Source: Eubacteriales bacterium
GTDB taxonomy: Bacteria > Bacillota > Clostridia > Oscillospirales > CAG-272
NCBI GenBank assembly: GCA_045596925.1
Contig: JAZODH010000058.1
Location: forward strand, 5,791 to 69,790
DNA: 64,000 bases
Direction of reading: 5' to 3'
Shown: positions 44,491 through 54,179 of the stretch, piece after piece
Layout of the letters: every line of letters starts with the position of its first letter
How positions within the stretch are numbered: the first letter of the stretch is position 1
The notes under the pieces: model-generated
What the model saw: only the letters and a program-made list of their open reading frames with translations
Databases searched by the model: none
Told to the model about the DNA's origin: nothing
Program-made: the position numbers and the translations under genes

Positions 44491-44498
44491 TTTTTATT

Positions 44499-45179
44499 TT
44501 AACACTCTCCTCGATGCCCGTCGATCATATACCAATCATCGTCCGCAACCACAAAATGCCCGTCAAAGCCTATGCCCATAAGCCTGAACGCCGTACGAAG
44601 CTCATCTGTGATGCGCATATCGCTGTCAGTTGGGCAAGCGATACCGTCGGGGTGATTGTGGGATATCACCACCGAGCAAGCCTTGTGCTTGTATGCATAT
44701 TCGACAGCCGTACGAATAAGCACCTGTGTCGCGTTGACCGTTCCCTCGCCCAACTTTTTGAAGCCGATCATGCGGTGCCTACCGTTAAAGAGCATTATAT
44801 GGCACTCCTCGTGCTTCTTGTCCTGATACTTTTTGAGCAAAAGCCTTCCGATCTTCTCCTCGCTGTCGTACAGTGTGCGGTCGGTTTTACCCATCTTTTC
44901 GGGGCGGCTTCTCAGCTCGTGCATCAGCTTTATCATAACGGCAGTCTTAGGCCCTACGCCCTCGACCATCGTCAGCTCCTCCATGTCTGCCGCCAGGATC
45001 TCCTCAAAGCTGCCAAAACGCCCCAGCAGAATGTGCGCCGTTCTGTTGGTATCCCGACGGGGAATCGAATACGTCAGCAGAAGCTCCAGAAGCTCGTGAG
45101 TCTCAAAATGCTCACCGTCCTCGATAAAACGCTTCCTCAACCTCTCTCTGTGTCCCTTGTGAATGTTGTCGTTAGCCAT
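44499..45179 (-). CDS. radC: RadC-family JAB-domain protein
   Basis: HKGHRERLRKRF, HhH region EELTMVEGVGPKTAV, and C-terminal JAB motif VISHNHPDG..CPTDSD. ATG 45179; the longer track ORF has no support. Confidence 0.85.
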   Translation of the reverse strand: MANDNIHKGHRERLRKRFIEDGEHFETHELLELLLTYSIPRRDTNRTAHILLGRFGSFEEILAADMEELTMVEGVGPKTAVMIKLMHELRSRPEKMGKTDRTLYDSEEKIGRLLLKKYQDKKHEECHIMLFNGRHRMIGFKKLGEGTVNATQVLIRTAVEYAYKHKACSVVISHNHPDGIACPTDSDMRITDELRTAFRLMGIGFDGHFVVADDDWYMIDGHRGEC

Positions 45180-45213
45180 GTTTTTTCTCCGCAAATAAAA
45201 TTCTTCTACCCAA

Positions 45214-45242
45214 ATTATAACAAAGTCCGACAATTTTTGCAA
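45214..45242 (-). promoter_or_regulatory. Candidate radC promoter
   Basis: Minus strand: TTGCAA (45242-45237), 17-nt spacer, TATAAT (45219-45214). Confidence 0.6.
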
Positions 45243-45374
45243 TAGCATATACTACAAATAAAACTCGACCCCCGTTATTTGGTAAAAATCACCATCTCAC
45301 CACGCTCACCCCCCTGCTCTTATGTAATTTATGTTAAAATTTGAAAAAAACTCTTTTTTATAGTAGATTTTATC

Positions 45375-45403
45375 TTGACAAGACCACTTCACCGTGATAT
45401 AAT
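45375..45403 (+). promoter_or_regulatory. Perfect consensus promoter of the yerC-his operon
   Basis: TTGACA 45375-45380, 17-nt spacer, TATAAT 45398-45403. Confidence 0.65.
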
Positions 45404-45444
45404 GATGAAGTATTTTCAAAAGAAAACCGAAAGGACGGATACAC

Positions 45445-45729
45445 ATGGAAAGAATTCATTCAGAATTGACAGATAAACTGTTTGAGACGATACTTCGCCT
45501 CAAGACCGTCGACGAATGTTACGATTTCTTTGAGGACATCTGCACCATAAAGGAGCTGCGCGACCTGGCGCTTCGTCTGCGCGTGGCTGAAATGCTCTGC
45601 GAAGGAAAGAGCTACCAAGAAGTTACGCGTGAAACGGGCGCAAGCCCCGCAACCATCTGCCGAGTCAACAAGTGCCTCACCTACGGCAAAGGCTACAAGG
45701 CGGTCTTGAAGGAAGGAAATAAAAAATGA
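45445..45729 (+). CDS. yerC: YerC/YecD (TrpR-like) DNA-binding protein, first gene of the his operon
   Basis: 94 aa. LFETILRLKTVDECYDFFEDICTIKELRDLALRLRVAEMLCEGKSYQEVTRETGASPATICRVNKCL is the YerC/YecD pattern. Its stop overlaps the hisZG ATG (ATGA). Confidence 0.8.
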   Translation: MERIHSELTDKLFETILRLKTVDECYDFFEDICTIKELRDLALRLRVAEMLCEGKSYQEVTRETGASPATICRVNKCLTYGKGYKAVLKEGNKK

Positions 45730-47315
45730 AAATAAACGACAATGTGCTCTCCCCCATCGAAAAAGCGGTCTTCTGCCTGCGAGGTCTCTATCGCTCGTAC
45801 GGATATTCACAATACAAAATGAGCAAATTTGAGGAATACGACCTGTATGCCGAGAACAAAAATTTCCTCATCTCCGACAATATAATCACCTTTACGGGCA
45901 TCGGCGGCAAATTGATGGCTCTCAAGCCCGACGTTACCCTGTCTATCGTCAAGAGCACCAAGGAAGAAAAGGCTTACAAGGTCTTCTACAACGAAAACGT
46001 ATACAGGCCCACAGGCTCCGAGGGTGACTTCAAGGAAATAATGCAGACGGGGCTTGAATATATCGGTGACGTGGACGACACGGCGCTGTCCGAGGTCATG
46101 ACCTTGGCGGCAAAGAGCCTTGAGACTATTTCCGAGGATTTCGTTCTTGACGTCTCCCATCTCGGCATCGTCTCCGAGGCTGTGGACCTGCCAGAAATAA
46201 CCCCTGCTCAGCGCGCAGACTTGCTTTCGGCCATCAAGGAGAAAAATCTCGGTGAGGCGCTCAGCATTTGCCGAGAGGCGGGTGTCCCCGAGGAAAAGAC
46301 GGCATTGCTGAAAAGCATAATCACCTGCCACGGCGACCCCGAGACGGTTCTCGGTACGATCGAGCCTCAGCTTGAGAGTGCTGAAGGCAAAACGGCGGCC
46401 GCTGTCCTTCGCCGTCAGTTTGATCTGCTTTGCGACTACGTAAAGGCAGGCAAGATCCGCATTGATTTCTCGGTCACAGACGACATGAGCTATTACAGCG
46501 GGATCGTCATGAGAGGATTTATCCGCGGTCTGTCAAAAAGTATTCTGTCGGGCGGTCAGTACGATAACCTGCTCCGCAAAATGGGCAAGAAGAACTCCGC
46601 CGTCGGCTTTGCTCTCTACCTTGATCTGATGGAGGAGCTTGAGGAATCCTCCGACGCGGAGATCTCTCCCGCCGATGACGGTCAGGATTACCTGAACATA
46701 GCGCTTCCCAAAGGAAGACTTGGCGAAAAGGTCTACAAAATGTTCGCCGAGGCGGGCTTTGAGTGCCCTGCACTCCTTGAAAACAGCCGAAAGCTCATTT
46801 TCACAAACGACGAAGCAAAGGTCCGCTACTTCTGGGTCAAGCCCTCGGACGTTTCCATTTACGTTGAAAGAGGCGCCGCCGACATCGGCGTCTGCGGAAA
46901 GGATATTCTCCTTGAATACGCCCCCGACGTATACGAGCTTCTGGACATGAACACGGGCATTTGCCGAATGGCTGTTGCCGCAAAAAAGGATTTTTGCGAC
47001 GACGGTACAAAGACCCTCAAGGTTGCAACGAAGTTTTCACGGATCGCGCGCAACTATTACGCGTCGATCGGCCGCGACATCGACATTATACATCTGAACG
47101 GCTCCATCGAGATAGCGCCTATTTTAGGGCTTTCCGATGTCATTGTGGACATCGTTGAAACGGGTACTACCTTAAAGGAAAACGACCTTGAGGTAAAGGA
47201 GACCATCGTTCCCATCAGCGCGCGTCTCATTGCCAACAAGGCAGGCTTTAAATTCAAGGGCGCACAGATCGAAAAGCTCCGCGACCACATTGCAAAGCAG
47301 ATAAAAGAGCAGTAA
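45726..47315 (+). CDS. hisG: Fused HisZ (regulatory, HisRS-like) - HisG (short-form ATP phosphoribosyltransferase)
   Basis: aa 1 to about 305 are class-II aaRS-like HisZ (LRGLYRSYGYSQYKMSKFEEYDLY...). From Tyr322 (nt 46689) the sequence is short HisG (NIALPKGRL...DIGVCGKDIL...VDIVETGTTLKEN). Confidence 0.85.
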   Translation: MKINDNVLSPIEKAVFCLRGLYRSYGYSQYKMSKFEEYDLYAENKNFLISDNIITFTGIGGKLMALKPDVTLSIVKSTKEEKAYKVFYNENVYRPTGSEGDFKEIMQTGLEYIGDVDDTALSEVMTLAAKSLETISEDFVLDVSHLGIVSEAVDLPEITPAQRADLLSAIKEKNLGEALSICREAGVPEEKTALLKSIITCHGDPETVLGTIEPQLESAEGKTAAAVLRRQFDLLCDYVKAGKIRIDFSVTDDMSYYSGIVMRGFIRGLSKSILSGGQYDNLLRKMGKKNSAVGFALYLDLMEELEESSDAEISPADDGQDYLNIALPKGRLGEKVYKMFAEAGFECPALLENSRKLIFTNDEAKVRYFWVKPSDVSIYVERGAADIGVCGKDILLEYAPDVYELLDMNTGICRMAVAAKKDFCDDGTKTLKVATKFSRIARNYYASIGRDIDIIHLNGSIEIAPILGLSDVIVDIVETGTTLKENDLEVKETIVPISARLIANKAGFKFKGAQIEKLRDHIAKQIKEQ

Positions 47316-47330
47316 AGAAAGGCACATAAA

Positions 47331-48605
47331 ATGATTAAAATTTTAAGATACGGTGAGGTGGCAAACAAGGATATCTTCGCCAGAGTTATACCCACCTTTA
47401 ACGTAGAAGAAATAGTTGCGGACATTATCGCAAACGTAAGAGAAAATGGCGACCAAGCCCTGCTTGAATACACGGCAAAATTCGACGGCGCGACCCTGAC
47501 CGCTCTGGCTGTCACGCCCGAAGAGATCGACGAGGCGGTGGCGGCAGTCGAGCCTCGCTTCCTCGAGATTCTAGAAAAAGCGGCTGTAAACATTCGTAAA
47601 TTTCACGAAAAGCAAAGAAGAAACAGCTTTATTATCAACGACGAGGACGGCATTGTTGTAGGTCAGAAGATAATCCCCGTTGACCGCGCGGGACTTTACG
47701 TTCCCGGCGGCCCGGCGGCCTACCCCTCCACCGTGCTCATGGATTCCATTCCCGCAAAGGTTGCAGGTGTAAAAGAGGTGGTCATGGTAACGCCTCCCCA
47801 GAAAAACGGAAAGGTAAATCCCGTAATTTTGGCGGCGGCAAAGATAGCGGGCATCGACAAGATATTCAAGGTCGGCGGCGCACAGGCGGTAGCGGCTCTG
47901 GCGTACGGAACCGAGAGCGTTCCCAAGGTTGACAAGATCGTTGGCCCCGGCAACGCCTTCGTAGCAGAGGCAAAAAAGCAGGTATTCGGTCAGGTGTCCA
48001 TCGACATGATTGCGGGTCCCAGCGAAATTCTTATCGTTGCCGACGGCGAGACTGATCCCCGTCACGCGGCAGCAGATCTGCTCTCACAGGCTGAGCACGA
48101 CAAGCTGGCAAGCGCGGTGCTGGTAACCGATTCAATGGAGTTGGCACAGGCAGTATCCGAGGAGCTGGAGCGTCAGATCCCCTTGCTTGAGCGTGCCGAG
48201 ATCGCCCGCGAGTCTATCGACGTTGGCGGCAAGATCATCGTGGCCGACACGCTTGACGCAGCAATTGAGATCGCAAACGAGATCGCTCCCGAGCACCTTG
48301 AGCTTTGCGTCTCAAATCCTTTTGACTATCTTGACAAGATCCGCCACGCAGGATCCATCTTCATGGGCAGAAACTGCCCCGAGGCTCTGGGTGACTACAT
48401 GGCAGGCCCCAACCACACCCTGCCCACAAGCGGCACGGCAAAGTTCTCAAGCCCCCTGTCTGTAGACGATTTCATCAAAAAGACACAGTACACCTACTAC
48501 ACAAAGGAAGCTTTGGCAAAGATCGCGCGCGACGTTGAATACTTTGCTACAAAGGAAGGACTTACCGCTCACGCAAAGAGCGCAGTCATTCGACTTGAGG
48601 ACTGA
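47331..48605 (+). CDS. hisD: Histidinol dehydrogenase
   Basis: 424 aa. GGAQAVAALAYGTESVPKVDKIVGPGNAFV and SQAEHD motifs. Confidence 0.95.
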   Translation: MIKILRYGEVANKDIFARVIPTFNVEEIVADIIANVRENGDQALLEYTAKFDGATLTALAVTPEEIDEAVAAVEPRFLEILEKAAVNIRKFHEKQRRNSFIINDEDGIVVGQKIIPVDRAGLYVPGGPAAYPSTVLMDSIPAKVAGVKEVVMVTPPQKNGKVNPVILAAAKIAGIDKIFKVGGAQAVAALAYGTESVPKVDKIVGPGNAFVAEAKKQVFGQVSIDMIAGPSEILIVADGETDPRHAAADLLSQAEHDKLASAVLVTDSMELAQAVSEELERQIPLLERAEIARESIDVGGKIIVADTLDAAIEIANEIAPEHLELCVSNPFDYLDKIRHAGSIFMGRNCPEALGDYMAGPNHTLPTSGTAKFSSPLSVDDFIKKTQYTYYTKEALAKIARDVEYFATKEGLTAHAKSAVIRLED

Positions 48606-48607
48606 AA

Positions 48608-49663
48608 ATGAGCAAATATCTAAGCCGAAAATACGAATTCCTGGTTCCCTACACCCCCGGTGAACAGCCAAAGGAGCGTAAATTTATAAAACTCAACACA
48701 AACGAATCCCCCTTTCCGCCTTCGGCAAAAGCCGTTGAATATGCATCAAGAGCGGCGGAATCGCTTCAGCTTTACTCCGATCCCGAATGCACACCGCTTC
48801 ACGCAAAGTTTGCCGAGGCGTGCGGGGTCACCCCCGATATGGTCCTTGCCACCAACGGCTCGGACGAGATCCTCAATTTCGCTTTCATGGCGTTCTGCGA
48901 CAAGGACACTCCCGCGGTCTTTGCGGACATCACCTACGGCTTTTACTCGGTATTTGCCGAGATAAATTCCCTGCCCGCAAGAGTTATTCCTCTCAAAGAC
49001 GATTTCACTTTAAATATTGAGGACTATTTTGATGCCAAAGGAACGATCTTCATCGCAAACCCCAACGCGCCCACCGGAATCGCCTTGACACGGGACGAGA
49101 TCGAGCTTATCCTGCAGAAAAAACCCGACAACGTGGTAGTTATCGACGAGGCTTACGTGGATTTCGGCGGTGAGAGCTGTATTCCTCTTATTGAGAAATA
49201 CGATAACCTGCTGGTGACCCAGACCTTCTCAAAATCCCGATCGATGGCAGGTGCGCGTCTGGGATTTGGCATCGGTTCAAAGGCTCTTATCGCAGACCTT
49301 CGGACGATCAAATACTCAACCAATCCCTACAATATAAATTCTATGACCATGGCTGCCGGTATCGGTCAGCTTGAGGACGAGGAAACAACTCGCAAAAACT
49401 GCAAAATCATCGCCGAAAACCGTGATTTTCTGACGAGCGAGCTTCGCTCCCTCGGCTTTGACGTCACCGATTCAAAGACAAATTTCGTCTTTGCAAAGTC
49501 CGACAAAATTGGCGGCGCAGACCTCTACTCTGCTCTGCGTGAACGCGGAATACTTGTGCGCCACTTCACCGCCGAAAAAATTGCGGACTACAACCGCATA
49601 ACCGTCGGCACCCGAGATCAGGTTGATGCGCTCCTGGGCGCAATAAAGGATATTCTATCGTAA
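48608..49663 (+). CDS. hisC: Histidinol-phosphate aminotransferase
   Basis: 351 aa. LNTNESP, VIDEAY and TFSKSRSMAGARLG (PLP Lys) motifs. Confidence 0.9.
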   Translation: MSKYLSRKYEFLVPYTPGEQPKERKFIKLNTNESPFPPSAKAVEYASRAAESLQLYSDPECTPLHAKFAEACGVTPDMVLATNGSDEILNFAFMAFCDKDTPAVFADITYGFYSVFAEINSLPARVIPLKDDFTLNIEDYFDAKGTIFIANPNAPTGIALTRDEIELILQKKPDNVVVIDEAYVDFGGESCIPLIEKYDNLLVTQTFSKSRSMAGARLGFGIGSKALIADLRTIKYSTNPYNINSMTMAAGIGQLEDEETTRKNCKIIAENRDFLTSELRSLGFDVTDSKTNFVFAKSDKIGGADLYSALRERGILVRHFTAEKIADYNRITVGTRDQVDALLGAIKDILS

Positions 49664-49677
49664 AGGAACGAAAAAAT

Positions 49678-50265
49678 ATGAGAACATCAGAAATTATTCG
49701 CAAAACAGCGGAAACAGACATAAATCTGACCCTTGCCCTCGACGGCACGGGAAAAAGCGAGATCGACACAGGCTGCGGCTTTCTCGACCATATGCTGACC
49801 CTCTTTGCCCGTCACGGCAGATTTGATCTGACGGTAAAATGCACGGGTGACACCAACGTGGACTTCCACCACACAGTGGAGGACATCGGCATTTGTCTCG
49901 GAATGGCACTTTCCGAAGCTCTCGGCGACAAAAAGGGCATCTGCCGTTACGGCTCTATGATGCTTCCCATGGACGAAGCACTCATCACCGCCGCACTCGA
50001 CATCTCGGGCAGAAGCTACCTCGCCTACGGTCTTGAAATCCCCGCCGTGAAGGTCGGCGACTTTGATACCGAGCTTTGCGAGGAATTCTGGCAGGCGTTT
50101 GTCCGCACGTCGAGCATTACTCTGCACATCGTTCAGAACGCCGGCAGAAACTCCCACCACATAATCGAGGGAGCTTTTAAAGCCGTTGCCCGCGCACTTC
50201 GCGCGGCTGTAAAAATCGACCCCGATTTTGCAGGCGAGATCCCGTCTACGAAAGGTGTTCTCTGA
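49678..50265 (+). CDS. hisB: Imidazoleglycerol-phosphate dehydratase
   Basis: 195 aa. ETDI..L.LDG, HHTVEDIGI and HHIIEGAFKA motifs. Confidence 0.95.
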   Translation: MRTSEIIRKTAETDINLTLALDGTGKSEIDTGCGFLDHMLTLFARHGRFDLTVKCTGDTNVDFHHTVEDIGICLGMALSEALGDKKGICRYGSMMLPMDEALITAALDISGRSYLAYGLEIPAVKVGDFDTELCEEFWQAFVRTSSITLHIVQNAGRNSHHIIEGAFKAVARALRAAVKIDPDFAGEIPSTKGVL

Positions 50266-50873
50266 TGATAGCAGTTGTAGATTACGGCGTGGGAAATCTC
50301 TTTTCTCTGGTCAGTTCCCTGAAGGCCGTGGGCGCGGATGCTGTGGTTACAGGCGACGCGGACGTGATCAGAAATGCCGATAAAATAATACTTCCGGGTG
50401 TCGGAGCCTTTGGTGACGCGGCGGCAAAGCTGCGCGCTACGGGTCTTGACCGTGTCATAATCGAGGAAGCCAAAGCGGGTAAGCCCCTGCTTGGTATTTG
50501 CCTTGGTATGCAGCTTCTGCTTGAGCGAAGCTTTGAGTACGGTGAACACAAGGGACTCGGACTGATTGAGGGCGACATCGTTCCAATCTCAAGCGTTATC
50601 CCCGCTGACCTGAAAATCCCACACATAGGTTGGAACGCGCTGAAATTCACCGAAAACAAGTCACCTCTGTTCAAATATATAAACGAGGGTGATCACGTTT
50701 ATTTCGTTCACTCCTACTATGGCGCAAATTGCGCCAAGGACACTGTCGCCGTCGCTGAATACGGAGCAGAATTGACCGCCGCCGTGGCCCGCGGCAACGT
50801 TATGGGCTGTCAGTTCCACCCCGAAAAAAGCGGTGAGGTTGGTCTTAAAATCCTAAAAGCATTCTGCGAGTAA
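50265..50873 (+). CDS. hisH: Imidazole glycerol phosphate synthase, glutaminase subunit
   Basis: 202 aa. LPGVGAFG, GICLGMQLL (catalytic Cys) and QFHPEKS motifs. Confidence 0.95.
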   Translation: MIAVVDYGVGNLFSLVSSLKAVGADAVVTGDADVIRNADKIILPGVGAFGDAAAKLRATGLDRVIIEEAKAGKPLLGICLGMQLLLERSFEYGEHKGLGLIEGDIVPISSVIPADLKIPHIGWNALKFTENKSPLFKYINEGDHVYFVHSYYGANCAKDTVAVAEYGAELTAAVARGNVMGCQFHPEKSGEVGLKILKAFCE

Positions 50874-50891
50874 ATCCTAAAGAGGTATAAA

Positions 50892-51605
50892 ATGTTAATT
50901 TTTCCCGCGATCGATCTCTATGGCGGCAAGGCGGTTCGCCTGCTCCACGGAGACTATAATAAAATGACTATTTATTCTGACGATCCCCCGTCCTTAGCAA
51001 AGGATTTTGCTCTGAGGGGTGCTACCTGCCTTCATCTGGTAGACCTTGAAGGTGCTCGGGACGGCACTACACCGAATCTTGAAACGATAAAGAAAATAAT
51101 CGCGGATTCGGGACTTTTCACCGAGGTCGGCGGCGGAATACGAAGCATGGAAACGGTGGATACCTACCTTTCGGCCGGAATAGACCGCGTCATTCTCGGA
51201 ACGGCGGCAGTAAAGGACAGAAATTTTCTTCTGACAGCCCTTGAAAAGTACGGTGAAAGAATCGCTGTCGGCATTGACATAAAGGACGGAAAAGTCGCCA
51301 TCAAGGGCTGGACCGAGACTGCCGACATCACCGCCGAGGAGTTTTTTGCCGACATGGAAAAGATCGGCGTGCAAACCATAATCTGCACCGATATTTCAAA
51401 GGACGGCGCAATGCAGGGCGCAAACCACGACCTCTATCGCACGCTGTCCGAAAAATTCAAGGTAAATATCATAGCATCGGGCGGTGTTTCATCCATTGAT
51501 GACGTGGCGCGCCTGCGCCGTATGAATATGCACGGCGCAATTATCGGCAAGGCTTATTACGTTGGCGCGATCGACCTAACAGAAGCTATCGAGGTGGCAA
51601 GATGA
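50892..51605 (+). CDS. hisA: ProFAR isomerase
   Basis: 237 aa. IFPAIDL..GK.VRL and ASGGVSSIDD motifs. Confidence 0.95.
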   Translation: MLIFPAIDLYGGKAVRLLHGDYNKMTIYSDDPPSLAKDFALRGATCLHLVDLEGARDGTTPNLETIKKIIADSGLFTEVGGGIRSMETVDTYLSAGIDRVILGTAAVKDRNFLLTALEKYGERIAVGIDIKDGKVAIKGWTETADITAEEFFADMEKIGVQTIICTDISKDGAMQGANHDLYRTLSEKFKVNIIASGGVSSIDDVARLRRMNMHGAIIGKAYYVGAIDLTEAIEVAR

Positions 51606-52363
51606 TAACGAAAAGAATAATTCCCTGCCTTGACGTAAAGAACGGACGGGTTGTCAAAGGCGTAAATTTTGAAGGACTTGGCGACGTTGCATCCCCCGTG
51701 GAGCTTGCAAAATTTTACAGCGAATGCGGTGCCGACGAGCTTGTTTTCTACGACATCACAGCCTCTGCTGAGGGCCGTGAGCTCTTTACGGACATACTCC
51801 GTGAGCTTGCAAAATCCGTCTTCATTCCCCTGACCGTCGGCGGCGGTATAAACACCCTGTCCGACTTTGACCGCGTGCTCAAATGCGGTGCCGACAAGGT
51901 AAGCGTAAATTCGGGCGCAATAAAAAATCCCTCGCTTATAGCCGAAGCGGCAAAGCGCTACGGCGACCAGTGCGTGGTACTTTCCTGCGACATCAAGCGC
52001 GTTGACGGAGTTTTTCGCGTGTTTGCCAAGGGCGGACGAGAGAACACGGGCATGGAGGCCATTGAGTGGATACGTCGAGGAGCCGAGTCCGGTGCGGGCG
52101 AGATAGTCGTAAATTCTATCGACACCGACGGCGTTAAAGGCGGCTTCGACCTTGAAATGCTTGACGCCGTTTGCCAAGCCGTCAGCGTTCCCGTAATTGC
52201 ATCGGGCGGTGCGGGCTGCATTGATGATTTTACAAAGCTATTCCGTGCTCTGCCCAAGGTTGACGCAGGTCTTGCGGCATCTATCTTCCATTTCGGAGAA
52301 GTCAAGATCCGCGACCTCAAAGAAGAACTGAAGAGAAACGACATTCCCGTAAGAATTGTTTAA
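51602..52363 (+). CDS. hisF: Imidazole glycerol phosphate synthase, cyclase subunit
   Basis: 253 aa. [28 protein letters not shown] and ASGGAG motifs. Confidence 0.95.
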   Translation: MITKRIIPCLDVKNGRVVKGVNFEGLGDVASPVELAKFYSECGADELVFYDITASAEGRELFTDILRELAKSVFIPLTVGGGINTLSDFDRVLKCGADKVSVNSGAIKNPSLIAEAAKRYGDQCVVLSCDIKRVDGVFRVFAKGGRENTGMEAIEWIRRGAESGAGEIVVNSIDTDGVKGGFDLEMLDAVCQAVSVPVIASGGAGCIDDFTKLFRALPKVDAGLAASIFHFGEVKIRDLKEELKRNDIPVRIV

Positions 52364-52374
52364 GGAGATATATT

Positions 52375-53025
52375 ATGTTAGACATCGAAAAGCTTAAATT
52401 TGACGAGAAAGGTCTCATTCCCGCCATCGTCGTCGATTCTGTTACAAAAAAGGTCCTCACCCTGGCTTACATGAACCGTGAGAGCCTTAAAATATCAATG
52501 GAAAAAGGTCTGACCTGCTTCTTTAGCCGTTCCCGTCAGGAGCTTTGGCTCAAAGGCGAGACCAGCGGAAACTACCAGCACATCGTTTCTATCACCGCAG
52601 ACTGCGACTACGACGCGCTGACCGTGATAGTTGAGCCTGACGGCCCTGCCTGCCACACAGGCAGCTTCTCCTGCTTTGAAAATCCCGTTTGGGAAAGCGA
52701 GGAGCTTCACGAATTTTCCCTGCAAGGGCTGATAAAACTCATCGAGGGCAGAAAGCTGAACCCTCAGGAAGGTTCTTACACCACTTACCTGTTCAATAAA
52801 GGTCTTGACAAGATCCTCAAAAAAGTCGGCGAGGAGTGCACCGAGGTCATCATCGCCGCCAAGGCAGAGGACAAAAAGGAAACTATCTACGAGATCGCAG
52901 ATCTGGCATATCATACCCTCGTGCTTATGACCGAAGCAGGAATCTCTCTTGAGGATATCCACCGCGAGCTGGCTTCCCGCCACGTTATCGACCACAAGGT
53001 AAAGCAGGAGAAGATGACAAAATGA
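52375..53025 (+). CDS. hisI: Bifunctional phosphoribosyl-AMP cyclohydrolase / phosphoribosyl-ATP pyrophosphatase
   Basis: 216 aa. The HisI part has [16 protein letters not shown] and CHTG..SCF. The HisE part has [19 protein letters not shown]. Confidence 0.9.
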   Translation: MLDIEKLKFDEKGLIPAIVVDSVTKKVLTLAYMNRESLKISMEKGLTCFFSRSRQELWLKGETSGNYQHIVSITADCDYDALTVIVEPDGPACHTGSFSCFENPVWESEELHEFSLQGLIKLIEGRKLNPQEGSYTTYLFNKGLDKILKKVGEECTEVIIAAKAEDKKETIYEIADLAYHTLVLMTEAGISLEDIHRELASRHVIDHKVKQEKMTK

Positions 53026-53768
53026 TCGGGCGCGATCTTCACTGCCACACCTGCTTTTGCGACGGAAAAAACACCGCGGAAGAGATGGTTTTGGCGGCAA
53101 TTAAGCGCGGTCTGACCATCATCGGCATATCCGAGCACGGGTACACCGCCTTCGATTCAAGCTACTGCCTTTCCCTTGAAAAAACCGAGGAATACAAGGC
53201 GGAGATTCGCCGTCTGAAAGAAAAATATTCGGATAAGATCGAGGTTTTGCTCGGCATTGAGCTTGACGCCCTTTCCGACCTTGACACCTCGGATTACGAT
53301 TACGTCATCGGCTCGGCTCACTACGTAAAAATCGGCGGCAAGCACCTGTCGATCGACGAATCTCCGTCGGATTTTGAGCAGATCTGCCGTGAATGTTTCG
53401 GTGGCGACTATTACGCCTTTGCCGAGGAATATTACCGCACGGTAGCAACGCTGGCAAACAAGAAGATCGACATCGTGGGGCACATTGACCTCATAACCAA
53501 ATTCAACGAGGGAAATCGTCTGTTCGACATGGAAGCCCCCCGATATCTGGCGGCGGCACAGAGCGCCATTGATTCACTTCTGCCCCTGAAAATTCCATTT
53601 GAGGTAAACACGGGAGCCATCTCCCGGGGCTATCGCACGTCTCCCTACCCCGACACGACTTTGGCAGAATACGTAAAGCAAAAGGGCGGTACTCTGATAC
53701 TTTCAAGCGACGCTCACTCGGCAAATAATCTCTGCTTCAGTTTCGAAAAATTCCAAAATATGCTTTAA
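53022..53768 (+). CDS. hisK: Histidinol-phosphatase, PHP family
   Basis: 248 aa. [16 protein letters not shown] and SSDAHS PHP metal motifs. Last gene of the his operon. Confidence 0.85.
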   Translation: MIGRDLHCHTCFCDGKNTAEEMVLAAIKRGLTIIGISEHGYTAFDSSYCLSLEKTEEYKAEIRRLKEKYSDKIEVLLGIELDALSDLDTSDYDYVIGSAHYVKIGGKHLSIDESPSDFEQICRECFGGDYYAFAEEYYRTVATLANKKIDIVGHIDLITKFNEGNRLFDMEAPRYLAAAQSAIDSLLPLKIPFEVNTGAISRGYRTSPYPDTTLAEYVKQKGGTLILSSDAHSANNLCFSFEKFQNML

Positions 53769-53772
53769 AAAA

Positions 53773-53801
53773 GATCCCGACGGTACGTCGGGATCTTTTT
53801 T
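53773..53801. terminator. Bidirectional terminator between hisK (+) and the second yerC-like gene (-)
   Basis: GATCCCGAC (53773-53781) / GTCGGGATC (53787-53795), with A6 before and T6 after. Confidence 0.85.
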
Positions 53802-54102
53802 ATAAATAGGTCTCTATTCCGAAAATCTGTGCCAGAATACGGCTGTAACCGCCGCTTCCATGCTGAGTGCAGCGAGAAACACGGCTCAAGGTCGCCGAGG
53901 AGACCTCAGTCTCCGCTATGATCTTGCTGTAAGTGTTTCCTTCAAGCAAAAGCTTCGCGCATTCAATGCGCTGGGCCATCTGCTCTATCTCACCGCCGGT
54001 GCAAAGGTCCTCTAAAAGTGCTTCTATCTGCTTTGGGTCTCTGATACTTGCCAGAACCGAGCAAAGCTGTTCTACAAGTCTTTTTTTCTCGTTTGAGTCC
54101 AT
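53800..54102 (-). CDS. Second YerC/TrpR-like DNA-binding protein (paralog of 45445-45729)
   Basis: LLEDLCTGGEIEQMAQRIECAKLLLEGNTYSKIIAETEVSSATLSRVSRC aligns with the first YerC-like protein. ATG 54102 follows GGAGGAGCCGAA. Confidence 0.7.
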   Translation of the reverse strand: MDSNEKKRLVEQLCSVLASIRDPKQIEALLEDLCTGGEIEQMAQRIECAKLLLEGNTYSKIIAETEVSSATLSRVSRCTQHGSGGYSRILAQIFGIETYL

Positions 54103-54135
54103 TTCGGCTCCTCCACACATGAAATATTTGATTAT

Positions 54136-54164
54136 ATTCTATCCCTATAGGCGGGATTTGTAAA
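54136..54164 (-). promoter_or_regulatory. Candidate promoter of the second yerC-like gene
   Basis: Minus strand: TTTACA (54164-54159), 17-nt spacer containing the palindrome CCTATAGG, TAGAAT (54141-54136). Confidence 0.4.
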
Positions 54165-54179
54165 GTGTTTTCTCGAAAA

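Noticed and set aside
44514-45245. 243-aa + strand ORF antisense to radC
   Set aside because: Same mirror-ORF artefact. The RadC motifs (HhH, JAB HNHP..D) are on the - strand.
45249-45444. Looked for a His T-box leader or leader-peptide attenuator upstream of the his operon
   Set aside because: The region has no specifier-loop or T-box consensus (..GGTGGTACCGCG-like) and no His-codon run. It is short and contains only a consensus promoter. This was not verified with a covariance model.
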